Positions 1-10,305 are shown, counted from the stretch's first letter. The stretch: 44,344 bases of DNA from an uncultured Coriobacteriaceae bacterium (GCA_964472485.1 CAYYLR010000001.1:1-44344); one strand, 5' to 3'. Program-made: numbers and translations. Notes: generated from the letters alone by a model not told the origin.

Positions 1-869
1 GCGCTCGGCGGGACGTCGGTGGCGCGCGTCGTCGAACTCGACGGCGAGCGCACGATCCACGTCGTCGCACCGCTCAAGGGTCCGGGGGGCGGTCCCCCTC
101 CCGGGGTTCTTTCCGGCCATCGTCCGCTGCATCTCTTCCTCGATGGAGCGCTCGAAACGATGGCGCTCGTGGTGGGCGCCGTGATGTTCTTCGCGGGGAT
201 CGCATATGCGCTCATCTGGTACTTCACCCGTGAGGCGGCGAAGGAGGTCGCGAGACACGGAGCGGCGGCCACCGCGTTGGAGCGTCGGCTCGGCGCGTCG
301 CTGCGCAATCTGGAGCGGCAGACCATCGGCACACTGCAGGCTCTCTCCGCCGCCGTGGACGCGAAGGACACGTACACGTCACGCCACTCGCTCAACGTCG
401 CGGACTACGCGTGCGCGATCGCCCACGAGCTTGAGCGGCCCGACCTGATCCCGGCGTGCCGGAGCAGTTGCTGCAGAAGCCGGCGAAGCTCACGCCGGAG
501 GAGTTCGCCGCGGTCGCCGAGCACAGTAGGCTCGGCGCGAATATGATCAGCATGATCCCGTTCCTCGATCCGGTCGTGCCCGCGGTCCTGCATCACCACG
601 AGCGCTGGGACGGCAGCGGCTACCCGGACGGGCTGTCCGGCGCGACGATACCGCTCGAGGCGCGCATCCTCGCCACCGCCGACGCGTTCGACGCGATGAC
701 GACCGACCGGCCCTACCGCTCCGCGATGACCGTGAGCGCGGCGGCGGCCGAGATGATGGCATGCCGCGGCCGGCAGTTCGATCCGCAGACGGTCGACGCG
801 ATCCTCGACGCCTTCGAAGACGGGCGCCTGCGCGTACGCGGTGAGGTCGCCGAGGTGCTACGCTCGTAG
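1..869 (+). pseudogene. HD-GYP domain sensor protein (c-di-GMP phosphodiesterase family). The 5' end lies outside the window and the gene is internally disrupted.
   Basis: The frame-1 ORF (open from nt 1, listed 19..546) encodes a TM helix (LVVGAVMFFAGIAYALIWYF) and the start of an HD-GYP domain (DTYTSRHSLNVADYACAIAHELE). The rest of the domain (GVPEQLLQKPAKLTPEEF...HHHERWDGSGYPDGL...DAFDAMTTDRPY) is in another frame (456..869), preceded by TGA at 432-434. The LLHDIGK segment expected between the two parts is absent in every frame. Confidence 0.55.
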
Positions 870-905
870 TCTGCGGGTACCTCGATCCCGGCCGAAAGGC
901 TCCGC

Positions 906-2846
906 GTGGACTTCTACCGCGACCTGTTCGCGAACGGACATGTGGTGATGCTCGTCATCGATCCCGGCTCGGGTGAGATCGTCGACGCCAATCCGGCGGC
1001 CGAGCGCTTCTACGGCTGGACGCGCGATGAGCTGCGCTCCATGCGGATCACTGAGATCAACACCCTCACCCCCGACGCGATCGCGGCGGAGATGGAGCGC
1101 GCGCGCTTGGAGCAGCGAACGCACTTCCTGTTCCCGCATCGCGTCGCGGACGGCTCGATTCGCCACGTCGAGGTCCACAGCGGTCCGGTGCGGTCGGAGG
1201 GCCGCTCGCTGCTGTACTCGGTCATCCTCGACGTGACCGAGCGCTCCGAGCGCGAGCGCGCTCTGGCGGATGAGGCGATCAGGCGCCGGGTGCTGTTCGA
1301 GAACCTCGCTGACGGCATCGGCGTGACCGACGCCGGGTTCCGGCTGGTCGAGGTCAATCCCGCCCTTGCCGCGATGCTCGGGGTGACGCCTGCCGAGGCT
1401 CTCGGTATGCACGTCCGGGAGTGGGGCGCCGACCCGCCGCCCGACGGGGCGTTCCGCGCCGGGTTTCCTGGCGTCCCCGGCGGCGTCTCGGTGTCTGAGA
1501 CGCGCTGGACGCGCGCCGACGGCACCGTCGTCGACGTCGAGGTGCATTCATCCGCGGTGGAGTGGCGGGGTATGGCGGGACGGCTTCACGTCTGCAGGGA
1601 CGTCACCGCCCGGAAGCGCGCCGAGGCGGCGTCGGCGCGGTGGCGGACCGTCTTCGAGCGGGCGGACTTCGGCGTCGCCCGTGTCGACATGGCGTCACTC
1701 ACGTTCATCGAGGTGAACGGCAGCTACGCCCGGGAGCGCGGCTACGAGGCCGCCGAGCTGGCCGGACGCCCGGTGCTTTCGGTCTACCCGTCCGAGCGTC
1801 ACGACGCTGTCCGGGGCTTCGTCAATCGGCTTCGGGAGAGCGGCCACATGAGCCTTGAGTCCGAGCACGTCCGGAAGGACGGGAGCCGCTTCCCCGTGCT
1901 CGTCGAGGCGACCTACCTCGTAGAGCCGCCGAACGGCCGTGAGACGTCCATCACGTACAACATCGATATCAGCGACCGCGTCGCGGCGGAGGAGTCGCTG
2001 CGCGCCTTCAACGCGTCCTTGCAGCAGATCGTCGAGGAGCGGACCGCCGAGCTGCGGACCGCGAACGAGGAGTTGCTGCTGGCCACCCGCGAGCTGCGGC
2101 GGTCAAACGACGAGCTTATGGCGCTGAACGTCGAGCTCCGGGAGGTCAGTGAGACACGATCGGCGTTCCTGCGTTCGATGAGCCACGAGTTGCGCACGCC
2201 GCTCAACTCGATCATCGGCTTCTCGAGGATCCTGCTCACCGGCATGGCCGGGCCGACGACCGATGAGCAGGTGCGCCAGCTCGAGATGATCAACCATTCC
2301 GGCAGGCACCTGCTGGAGATCGTGAACGACATACTCGACCTCTCGCGCGTCGACGCGGGCAAGGTCGAGGTCGCCGCTGAGCCGTTCGACCTGGCTGAGC
2401 TTGCCTGCGAGGTTCTGGGGGTCGTCCGGCCGATCGCGGACGAGAAAGGGCTGTCATTGCGTCTCGATGAGCCTGACGGTCCGCTGGAGGTCGTCTCGGA
2501 CCGCGTGAAGGTGCGCCAGATCCTCCTCAACCTCGCCGGCAACGCGGTGAAGTTCACCGGTGAGGGGAGCGTCACGATCGTCGTCGGCAGGAGCGCTCCG
2601 GGGATGGTCGCCGTGGCGGTTGTTGACACCGGGCCCGGCATTCCCCCAGAGGACCAGGACGGTGTCTTCGGCGAATTCGCGCAGGTCTCGAAGCGTCGTC
2701 ACCCTGAGGTGGAAGGCAGCGGTCTCGGTCTCGCGATCTGCCGCGCGCTCGCCGCGTTGCTGGGGGGCGCCGTGACCCTCTCAAGCGAGGTCGGGTCCGG
2801 CTCCACGTTCCGGTTGCTCCTGCCCGAGCGCTACGCCGGCGGATGA
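906..2846 (+). CDS. Multi-PAS sensor histidine kinase (PAS x3, HisKA, HATPase_c), cytoplasmic
   Basis: 646 aa with a GTG start after GAAAGG. PAS-like segments are present (GEIVDANPAAERFYGWTRDEL; GFRLVEVNPALAAMLG; FIEVNGSYARERGY). A coiled-coil precedes the H-box SHELRTPLNSI. N and G boxes are present (NLAGNAVKFT, DTGPGI, GSGLGLAI). No adjacent response regulator. Confidence 0.9.
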   Translation: MDFYRDLFANGHVVMLVIDPGSGEIVDANPAAERFYGWTRDELRSMRITEINTLTPDAIAAEMERARLEQRTHFLFPHRVADGSIRHVEVHSGPVRSEGRSLLYSVILDVTERSERERALADEAIRRRVLFENLADGIGVTDAGFRLVEVNPALAAMLGVTPAEALGMHVREWGADPPPDGAFRAGFPGVPGGVSVSETRWTRADGTVVDVEVHSSAVEWRGMAGRLHVCRDVTARKRAEAASARWRTVFERADFGVARVDMASLTFIEVNGSYARERGYEAAELAGRPVLSVYPSERHDAVRGFVNRLRESGHMSLESEHVRKDGSRFPVLVEATYLVEPPNGRETSITYNIDISDRVAAEESLRAFNASLQQIVEERTAELRTANEELLLATRELRRSNDELMALNVELREVSETRSAFLRSMSHELRTPLNSIIGFSRILLTGMAGPTTDEQVRQLEMINHSGRHLLEIVNDILDLSRVDAGKVEVAAEPFDLAELACEVLGVVRPIADEKGLSLRLDEPDGPLEVVSDRVKVRQILLNLAGNAVKFTGEGSVTIVVGRSAPGMVAVAVVDTGPGIPPEDQDGVFGEFAQVSKRRHPEVEGSGLGLAICRALAALLGGAVTLSSEVGSGSTFRLLLPERYAGG

Positions 2847-2871
2847 TCGGCGGCGCGGTCAGCGACGCGCG

Positions 2872-3834
2872 TCAGCCGTGAGCCGCGCCACCGAGGAGCG
2901 CCACGGCATACACGGCATACCCGGCGAGGAATCCGGCGCCGGCCAGGCGCCCGATGCGGCCACGCCACAGCAGCAGCGGCACGAGCAGCGCCGCAACGCC
3001 GAGCATGAGCCAGACGTCGAGTGAGGCGATCTGTTCGGCCACGGCCACGGGCTGAACCATCGACGTGACGCCCATGATGCCGAGGATGTTGAAGATGTTG
3101 CTCCCGATCACGTTTCCCACCGCGACATCCGCGTGGCGCCGAACGGCGGCTATCACGCTCGTGGCGAGTTCGGGGAGCGAGGTTCCGAGCGCCACCATCG
3201 TCAGCCCGATGACGGCCTCGGAGATGCCGAGTACCCGCGCGATGTCGGTCGCGCCGGAGATGAGGAGGCGGGATCCGATCACGAGCGCGGCGAGGCCGAT
3301 CGCGAGGTTCACGACCCCTCCGGCGAGCGACGCCGGTCCGGAGATCTCCTCGGCCTCGCGCTCGTGGAGTTCTGCCGCAGGATCGCTCTGCGAGCGCAGC
3401 TCAAGCCTGTACGAGACGACGACATACGCCGTGAGTCCCGCGAAGAGCGCCGCGCCGGGGATCCAGCCGATCGTCCCTGTCAGCGCGAGGAGCGCGAGTG
3501 CGACGGACGCGCCGAGCATCACGAGCGTGTCGCGCCGAATGGCGGCGGGCTTGACCGCGATCGGCGTGATGAGTGCCGCCGCTCCAAGCACGCCGAGGAC
3601 GTTGAAGATGTTGCTGCCCACGACGTTGCCGATGGCGATGTCGGAGCTGCCGGCAAGCGCCGCGCCCACGCTCACGACGAGTTCCGGTGCGGACGTGCAC
3701 GCCGCCACGACCGTCATTCCGATGAGCAGGGACGAGAGTCCCAAGCGCCGTGCGACGGAGACCGCTCCGCGCACGAGGAACTCGCCACCGCCGAACAGCA
3801 GGGCGAAGCCGCCGATCGCGTACACGTACATCAT
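2872..3834 (-). CDS. Ca2+/Na+ (CaCA family, YrbG-like) antiporter
   Basis: 320 aa polytopic membrane protein with two alpha-repeat signatures, GNVVGSNIFNVLGVLG and GNVIGSNIFNILGIMG. Confidence 0.85.
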   Translation of the reverse strand: MMYVYAIGGFALLFGGGEFLVRGAVSVARRLGLSSLLIGMTVVAACTSAPELVVSVGAALAGSSDIAIGNVVGSNIFNVLGVLGAAALITPIAVKPAAIRRDTLVMLGASVALALLALTGTIGWIPGAALFAGLTAYVVVSYRLELRSQSDPAAELHEREAEEISGPASLAGGVVNLAIGLAALVIGSRLLISGATDIARVLGISEAVIGLTMVALGTSLPELATSVIAAVRRHADVAVGNVIGSNIFNILGIMGVTSMVQPVAVAEQIASLDVWLMLGVAALLVPLLLWRGRIGRLAGAGFLAGYAVYAVALLGGAAHG

Positions 3835-3858
3835 CGGGTGACCACCGGGCCCTCTCGG

Positions 3859-5862
3859 CTAGACCGCTTCGTCGTAAGCGTCCACGAACTGGCTATTGTA
3901 CAGGTTCGCGTAGAAACCGCCCGCACCCATGAGGGACTCATGGGTCCCCTGCTCGACGATGGCGCCGCGGTCCATCACGAGGATGACATCGGCGTTGCGG
4001 ACCGTGGACAACCGGTGCGCTATCACGAAGCTCGTCCGCCCATGCATGAGGCCCGCCATCGCCCGCTGGATGAGCGCTTCGGTTCGCGTGTCGACCGAGC
4101 TCGTCGCCTCGTCGAGGATGAGCACCGGAGGATCGGCCAGGAACGCGCGAGCGATCGTGAGGAGCTGCCGCTGTCCGGAGGAGATCGTGGCGCTGTCATC
4201 ATCGAGCATGGTCCCATAGCCATCGGGGAGCGTTCGTACGAAGTGGTCCACATGTGCGGCGCGCGCTGCCGCCATGATCTGATCGTCGCTCGCGTCCTCA
4301 CGTCCGTACGCGAGGTTCTCGAGGATCGTGCCCTTGAACAACCACGTGTCCTGCAGCACCATCCCGAACGTGCGGCGCAGGTCGGCGCGCGTCATGTCCC
4401 GCGAGTCGATACCGTCGATCAGGATCGCGCCGCCGTCGAGCTCGTAGAAGCGCATCAGCAGGTTGACGAGCGTCGTCTTGCCCGCGCCCGTCGGTCCGAC
4501 GATCGCGACGGTCTGCCCGGGCAGCGCCTCGAGCGACAGCCGTTCGATGAGCGGCGTGTCGGGTGAGTAGCTGAACGTGACGTCACGGAACTCGACGTGT
4601 CCGGCGACCGTCGGCACGCGCACGGGCGCGGTCGTCTCGGGAACCTGCTCTTCGGCGTCAAGGAGCTCGAAGACGCGTTCGGCGGAGGCGGCCGCCGACT
4701 GGAGCACGTTGGCGATCGACGCGGTCTGGACGATCGGCTGTGTGAACTGACGCGAGTACTGGATGAACGCCTGCACATCGCCGAGCGAGAGGACGCCGCT
4801 CGCGACCTTGAGGCCGCCGATCACGGCGACGCCGACGTAGTTCAGGTTGTTGAGGAAATGGAGAGCGGGCTGGATCGTGCCGGAGATGAACTGGGCCCGG
4901 AACGACGAGTCGAAGAGCGCTTCGTTCTCGGCGTCGAAGACCTCGATCGCCTCGGCCTGACGCCCGAACACCTTCACGACCGCATGGCCGGTGAAGATCT
5001 CCTCCACATGACCGTTGAGTCGGCCTGTCCGTTCCCACTGTGTCGCGAACTGGGTCTGCGATCGCCTCGCGATGAGGATCGTCACCACCACTGACGCTGG
5101 GATGACGAGCAGTGAGATCCCCGCCAGGAGCGGTGAGATCCAGAGCATCATGCCGAGCACGCCGACGATCGTCAGGAGCGACGAGATCACCTGCGTGGCC
5201 GACTGCTGGAGCGTCTGCGCGATGTTGTCGATGTCGTTCGTCACGCGTGAGAGCGTATCGCCGCGTGTGCTGCCGTCGAAGTAGGTGAGCGGGAGACGTG
5301 CGAGCTTCTCATCGACCTGCAGACGCAGGCCGTAGATCGTCTGCTGCGTCACGGCGGCCATGATGTACCCCTGCGCCCAGCTGAAGAGCGCTGAGAGCAG
5401 GTAGACCCCGGTCAGCAGTCCGAGAAGCCGGGCGATGCGTCCGAAGTCGATGCTTGCGCCCGGAGTCACGGTCATCGACGTCAGCATGTCCGCGAGGCGG
5501 TCTTCGCCCGCGGCACGGAGGCCGTCGATGGCCTGCTGTTGCGTCACGCCCTCAGGGAACTGCATGCCGATGACGCCCTCGAACAGCACGTTCGTCGCAT
5601 CACCGAGGATGCGGGGCCCGGCGATGCTCAAAGCGACGCTCACCACGGTGAGGACGATCACGGCCGCGATCGCCGCCGCGTGCGGCTTGAGGTAGCCGCC
5701 GAGACGCGTGAGCGCAGCCTTGAAGTCCTTGCTCTTCGCACCCGCCGTCATCAGGCCGTGGCCGCCGGGGCCCATCATCGGACCGCCGCCCGCCCCCGGT
5801 CCCCGCTGGGGTCCGCCCTGGCCGGAGCGCTCGAGGCCGGCAGGCGCCTTGCGCGCGCTCAC
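3859..5862 (-). CDS. ABC exporter, fused permease/ATPase subunit (second gene of a heterodimeric pair)
   Basis: 667 aa with a Gly/Pro-rich N-terminal extension, a 6-TM domain, Walker A GPTGAGKTTL, signature SSGQRQLL and Walker B ILILDEATS. The start overlaps the upstream gene's stop by 4 nt. Confidence 0.9.
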   Translation of the reverse strand: MSARKAPAGLERSGQGGPQRGPGAGGGPMMGPGGHGLMTAGAKSKDFKAALTRLGGYLKPHAAAIAAVIVLTVVSVALSIAGPRILGDATNVLFEGVIGMQFPEGVTQQQAIDGLRAAGEDRLADMLTSMTVTPGASIDFGRIARLLGLLTGVYLLSALFSWAQGYIMAAVTQQTIYGLRLQVDEKLARLPLTYFDGSTRGDTLSRVTNDIDNIAQTLQQSATQVISSLLTIVGVLGMMLWISPLLAGISLLVIPASVVVTILIARRSQTQFATQWERTGRLNGHVEEIFTGHAVVKVFGRQAEAIEVFDAENEALFDSSFRAQFISGTIQPALHFLNNLNYVGVAVIGGLKVASGVLSLGDVQAFIQYSRQFTQPIVQTASIANVLQSAAASAERVFELLDAEEQVPETTAPVRVPTVAGHVEFRDVTFSYSPDTPLIERLSLEALPGQTVAIVGPTGAGKTTLVNLLMRFYELDGGAILIDGIDSRDMTRADLRRTFGMVLQDTWLFKGTILENLAYGREDASDDQIMAAARAAHVDHFVRTLPDGYGTMLDDDSATISSGQRQLLTIARAFLADPPVLILDEATSSVDTRTEALIQRAMAGLMHGRTSFVIAHRLSTVRNADVILVMDRGAIVEQGTHESLMGAGGFYANLYNSQFVDAYDEAV

Positions 5863-7586
5863 GCGGCCTCCTCATCGGTCAGCTGGCTACTCACGATCTC
5901 GCGGTACGTCTCACACGTCTCCATGAGTGCGGCGTGCGTGCCGCTCCCAACGATCATGCCGTTGTCGAGGACGATGATCCGCTCCGCTTTCATGATGGTG
6001 CTGACGCGCTGTGCGACGACGAGGACCGTGGCGCTCGAGGTGACGCTCGTCAGGGCGCTCCTGAGTGCCGCGTCGGTCGCGTAGTCGAGCGCCGAGAAGC
6101 TGTCGTCGAACACGTAGACCTCGGGGCGCTTTATGAGCGCGCGCGCGATCGCCAACCGTTGACGCTGGCCGCCGGAGAGGTTCGTGCCTCCCTGGGTCAC
6201 CTGCGCATCGAGCCCGCCGGACAGCGAACGTACGAACCCGGCTGCCTGCGCCACCTCAAGCGCGCGCCAGAGCTCGTCCTCGGACGCGTCCTCGCGTCCG
6301 TACCGCAGGTTGCTCGCCACCGTTCCGGCGAAGAGGAAAGCGCGCTGCGGGATGAACCCGATCCTGCTCCAGAGTTCGGCCTGGGCCATGTCACGAACGT
6401 CGACGCCGTCGATGAGGACCGCGCCGAGGGTCACGTCGTAGAAGCGCGGCACGAGGTTGATGAGGGTCGACTTGCCGCCGCCGGTGCTCCCCACGATCGC
6501 GGTCGTCTCGCCGGGCCGTGCCGTGAATGTGATTCCGCACAGGACCGCCTCCTCGGCGCCGGGATAGCGGAACTCCACGTCGCGGAACTCGACGGTCCCG
6601 TCGCGGCGTTCGGGCGTGACCGGGTCGGCCGGGTCCGTGAGCGCCGACTCGGTATCGAGAACCTCGTTGATGCGCTCGGCTGAGGCCGCGGCGCGCGGCA
6701 CCATCACGAACATGACCGTCGCCATCATCACCGCCATGAGGATCTGCATGATGTAGGTGAGGAACGCGGTCAGGTTCCCGATGGGCATCGCGCCGCTCTC
6801 GATGCGCAGCCCGCCGAACCACATCGTGGCGACCAGTGACAGGTTGAAGATGGCCATGACCGTGGGCATGATCAGTGCGAACAGCCGCCCGGCAGCGAGC
6901 ATGGTCTCGGAAAGGTCACGGTTCGCCTCTTCGAAGCGCCGCCGCTCGTGCTCGTCCTGAACGAACGCGCGGATGACGCGCACGCCGGCGAGTTGCTCGC
7001 GGAGGACCTCATTGACCCGGTCGATGCGCCGCTGCATGGAGGCGAAGAGCGGCAGCGCTCGGCGGGCCATGAGGCCGATCACGACGGCGAGCAGCGGCAC
7101 CACGACCGCGATGAGCGACGAGAGCGGCACGTCCTGACGGACGGCCATGATGACGCCACCGACCGCCATGAAGGGCGCGAGGACCAGCACGTTGAGTCCC
7201 ATCACGATGACCATCTGGACCTGCTGGACGTCGTTGGTGGTACGCGTGATGAGCGACGGCGCCCCGAAACGGTTCATCTCGGCGAGCGAGAACCGCTGGA
7301 CGCGCGAGAAGACCGCATGCCGGAGATCCCTGCCGAACGACATCGCGATCTTGGAGCCGTGGTACACCGAGACGATCGACAGCGCTCCGACGAGCAGTGT
7401 CACGGCGACCATCACGCCGCCACGGTCCAGGATCCGCGCGACGTCGGCCCGGATGACCCCCTCGTTGATGATGTCGGCGTTCAGTTCAGGCAGGTAGAGA
7501 TTGCCGATGGCCTGTGCGAGGAGGAGCCCCATCACGATCGCGATCCGAGTGCCGTACGGCCGCAGGAAGCGGCTGATGCCGATCAT
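5859..7586 (-). CDS. ABC exporter, fused permease/ATPase subunit (first gene of a heterodimeric pair)
   Basis: 575 aa with Walker A GSTGGGKSTL, signature LSGGQRQRLAIARAL and Walker B VYVFDDSFSALD. It has a 4-nt overlap with marR upstream and with the ABC gene downstream. Confidence 0.9.
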   Translation of the reverse strand: MIGISRFLRPYGTRIAIVMGLLLAQAIGNLYLPELNADIINEGVIRADVARILDRGGVMVAVTLLVGALSIVSVYHGSKIAMSFGRDLRHAVFSRVQRFSLAEMNRFGAPSLITRTTNDVQQVQMVIVMGLNVLVLAPFMAVGGVIMAVRQDVPLSSLIAVVVPLLAVVIGLMARRALPLFASMQRRIDRVNEVLREQLAGVRVIRAFVQDEHERRRFEEANRDLSETMLAAGRLFALIMPTVMAIFNLSLVATMWFGGLRIESGAMPIGNLTAFLTYIMQILMAVMMATVMFVMVPRAAASAERINEVLDTESALTDPADPVTPERRDGTVEFRDVEFRYPGAEEAVLCGITFTARPGETTAIVGSTGGGKSTLINLVPRFYDVTLGAVLIDGVDVRDMAQAELWSRIGFIPQRAFLFAGTVASNLRYGREDASEDELWRALEVAQAAGFVRSLSGGLDAQVTQGGTNLSGGQRQRLAIARALIKRPEVYVFDDSFSALDYATDAALRSALTSVTSSATVLVVAQRVSTIMKAERIIVLDNGMIVGSGTHAALMETCETYREIVSSQLTDEEAA

Positions 7587-8137
7587 CGGCCCGCTCCTTC
7601 AGGTCCCTCGGCGGCTCTGCCGTGCGTCTCGCACGACCGCGCACCGGAGGCTCCGGCGTGCTCGTCGAGCATGGCGGCCGCCCGCAGGTTGAGCTCGTCG
7701 AGCAGACGCAGCAGATCGGCGCGGTCGGTCTCGGCGAGCGATCCGACGGTCGCACTGATGATCTCGCCATGCACCGCGCGCATGCGGGCCGCGAGATCGC
7801 GCCCCGCCGGCGTCAGGAACAGCCTCGTCACGCGCTGGTCACGCTCGTCGGGGCGGCGCTCGATCGTGCCGGCGGACTCCATCTTCTGGAGCATCGCCGT
7901 CACGGTGGGGCGTGAGACGTGCAGCGCCGCTGCCAGTTCGCTCTGGCTCAGGCCCTCGGCGTGCGCGAGGACGAGCAGACACCCGCCTTGCGCGGGGTGA
8001 AGGTCGTCCTCGGAGAGCATCGCCATCATGAGATGCCGGTTGAGGATCATGGCACGTTTGAACGCGCGGAAGACGTCGAGCGACAGCGGGTCGACGCCGT
8101 CCGGACCGGGCCCGTGCGGTCCGTGAAGGGGGTGCAT
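7583..8137 (-). CDS. MarR family transcriptional regulator (first gene of the MarR-ABC-ABC operon)
   Basis: 184 aa with a winged-HTH segment LSQSELAAALHVSRPTVTAMLQKMESAGTIERRPDERDQRVTRLFLTPAG. RBS GAGAGGA lies upstream. Confidence 0.85.
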   Translation of the reverse strand: MHPLHGPHGPGPDGVDPLSLDVFRAFKRAMILNRHLMMAMLSEDDLHPAQGGCLLVLAHAEGLSQSELAAALHVSRPTVTAMLQKMESAGTIERRPDERDQRVTRLFLTPAGRDLAARMRAVHGEIISATVGSLAETDRADLLRLLDELNLRAAAMLDEHAGASGARSCETHGRAAEGPEGAGR

Positions 8138-8159
8138 GCGGGTCCTCTCGCAGAAATGA

Positions 8160-8171
8160 TTAGGTATCTAA
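8160..8171. promoter_or_regulatory. Candidate MarR operator (quasi-palindrome TTAGGTATCTAA) in an AT-richer patch just upstream of marR
   Basis: 10 of 12 positions are self-complementary. It lies about 23-34 nt upstream of the marR ATG, in the only AT-rich stretch of the 8138-8366 divergent intergenic region. Confidence 0.3.
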
Positions 8172-8366
8172 CCATCAGAGCGCTACTGTACGCGCCCGAA
8201 TGCTCTCACGCAAGCGCCCATGCGACCGGCACGTCCTTCGACGGGGCGACTTCCCGCGACGGGGTAGAATAGGAGCGAGCATCCCCGCCCGCAGTGGCGT
8301 CTACGACCCCGCGCTCTGTGTCTGCCCGGTGGGTCCGGGCCGTCGGACAGCACTCCCGAGAGGACG

Positions 8367-9767
8367 ATGACCGTGACGAGAACCGCATCCGATCACCCGC
8401 ACCGGCGCGTCTCAGACGACGCGCTCGCCGACGACGTGGTGCGGCGCTGGAGCGAGAGAGCGACCGAGAGCAGCACGATCGACCGCGAGCTGTACTCCCG
8501 GTACGACGTCAAGCGGGGCCTGCGTGACGTGTCGGGCAGAGGCGTCCTCGCAGGGCTCACCCAGATCGGGGATGTCGTCGGCTCGGCGCCCGACGGGGAC
8601 ACCTACACGGCGATCCCGGGCGAGCTCGTCTACCGCGGCATCGACATCAACGAGCTCGTCGACGGCTTCCTTGCTGAGGACCGGCTCGGCTTCGAGGAGA
8701 CGTGCTACCTCGTGCTGTTCGGCGAGCTGCCCGACGCGGCCGAGCTCGATCTGTTCCGTGAACGGCTGGCGACCACGCGCGAACTCCCCCGGCACTTCAT
8801 CCACGATGCGGTACTCCGGATGCCGAGCCGGGATGTGATGAACGCCATGTCGCGCGCCGTGCTCGCGTTGTACACGCGCGATGAGGACCCCGACTGCATC
8901 ACCGTCACCAACATCCTTCGGCAGAGCCTGCGGGTCATCGCAGCGTTCCCGATGCTCGCCGTCTACGGATACCAGGCCTACGCGGACCAGTTCGAGGGTC
9001 GAAGCCTCGTCATCCACAGGCCCGAACCGTCCCTCGCCACCGCCGAGAACATCCTGCACATGCTGCGCCCGGACAGCAGGTTCACTGAGCTCGAGGCCCG
9101 AGTGCTCGATCTCGCGCTCGTCCTGCATGCCGAGCATGGCGGCGGCAACAACTCGTCGTTCACCGCGCACGTCGTCTCCTCGAGCGGTACCGATACCTAC
9201 GCGACCATCGCGGCGTCGCTCGGCTCGCTTAAGGGCCCGCGTCATGGCGGGGCCAACATCAAGATGGTGCGCATGTTCGACGACCTCAGGTCCCGCGTCT
9301 CCGATTGGACGGACGATGAGGAGATCGAGCGCTACCTGCTCGCGGTGCTCGCCAGGGAGGCGTTCGACGGGTCCGGCCTCATCTACGGCATGGGGCACCC
9401 GGTGTACTCCGTCTCGGACCCCCGCACGATCATCCTCCGCGAGTACGCGCGAGGCCTCGCCGAGGACAAGGGTCTGGCCGACGAGTACGAGTTGCTCACG
9501 CGCGTCGAGGCCGTCGCACCCGGGGCGATCGCCAAGAGCAGGACGATGTACAAGGGCGTGAGCGCGAACGTGGACTTCTACTCCGGCTACATCTACCGCA
9601 TGCTCGGCATCCCGGAGGAGCTCTACACGCCGCTGTTCGCGGTTTCGCGCGTCGTCGGCTGGTGCGCACATCGCATCGAGGAGATCGCCAACCAGGGCAA
9701 GATCATCCGCCCCGCGTACAAGAGCATCGCGGCCCGTCGGCCCTACATCCCGCTCGCTGATCGCTAG
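8367..9767 (+). CDS. Citrate synthase (citrate/2-methylcitrate synthase family)
   Basis: 466 aa with motifs LHAEHGGGNNSSF and GMGHPVYSVSDPR, plus the C-terminal RPAYKSI pattern. RBS GAGAGGA precedes the ATG. Confidence 0.9.
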   Translation: MTVTRTASDHPHRRVSDDALADDVVRRWSERATESSTIDRELYSRYDVKRGLRDVSGRGVLAGLTQIGDVVGSAPDGDTYTAIPGELVYRGIDINELVDGFLAEDRLGFEETCYLVLFGELPDAAELDLFRERLATTRELPRHFIHDAVLRMPSRDVMNAMSRAVLALYTRDEDPDCITVTNILRQSLRVIAAFPMLAVYGYQAYADQFEGRSLVIHRPEPSLATAENILHMLRPDSRFTELEARVLDLALVLHAEHGGGNNSSFTAHVVSSSGTDTYATIAASLGSLKGPRHGGANIKMVRMFDDLRSRVSDWTDDEEIERYLLAVLAREAFDGSGLIYGMGHPVYSVSDPRTIILREYARGLAEDKGLADEYELLTRVEAVAPGAIAKSRTMYKGVSANVDFYSGYIYRMLGIPEELYTPLFAVSRVVGWCAHRIEEIANQGKIIRPAYKSIAARRPYIPLADR

Positions 9768-9784
9768 CGTCGGCGGTCACCGTC

Positions 9785-10264
9785 GTGCCGACGCTGTTCA
9801 TCGACGCCGACGCCTGCCCGGTCACGCGTGACGCCGTCGGCATCGCGAGGACCCGGGGCTGGAAGGTCGCCGTCGTCGCGAACTCCACCCAGAACCTCGA
9901 GCGGTACGCGGCACGCAGCGGTGTCGAGGCGATCTCCGTGAGCGGCGGCCGCGACGCCGCCGACTTCGCGGTCGTCGAACGGTTGCATGCCGGAGACGCG
10001 GTCGTGACGCAGGACATCGGGCTCGCGGCGATGGCTCTCGGCCGAGGCGCCGGCGCCATCAGCCCCCGGGGCCGGATCTTCCATCTCGCCACGATCGACG
10101 CCGAGCTCGCGGTGCGTCACGCCGAGGCGCGGGTGCGCCGCCAGGGCGGCCGGCACGGGGGTCCACCGAAGTTCACGGACGAGGACCGGGAGCACTTCAC
10201 CGAGCAGCTTGAGCGGCTGCTCGGCCTGATGCGATCGGGCGGGAGCGATCAGGCCGGCCGGTAG
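9785..10264 (+). CDS. YaiI/YqxD family protein (DUF188/UPF0178)
   Basis: 159 aa. The N-terminus LFIDADACPVTRDAV...VAVVANS and DFAVVERLHAGDAVVTQDIGLAAMAL...AISPRG match the YaiI pattern (WVDADACP...VTADIPLAA). Confidence 0.8.
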   Translation: MPTLFIDADACPVTRDAVGIARTRGWKVAVVANSTQNLERYAARSGVEAISVSGGRDAADFAVVERLHAGDAVVTQDIGLAAMALGRGAGAISPRGRIFHLATIDAELAVRHAEARVRRQGGRHGGPPKFTDEDREHFTEQLERLLGLMRSGGSDQAGR

Positions 10265-10305
10265 CCGCCCGTGCGCGCGAGCCCGGTCGCGGTGGCTGAG
10301 CGCGC

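Noticed and set aside
8412-9671. A 419-aa ORF antisense to citrate synthase. Similar long antisense or shadow ORFs occur at 3133..4566 (+), 6948..8000 (+), 30762..31748 (-), 32820..34067 (-), 36646..37665 (-), 38681..39865 (-) and 39669..41042 (-).
   Set aside because: Each lies opposite or out of frame to a gene with unmistakable family motifs. Their products are Arg/Pro/Ala/Gly-rich low-complexity strings, which are typical of stop-poor non-coding frames in high-GC DNA. None has a convincing RBS.
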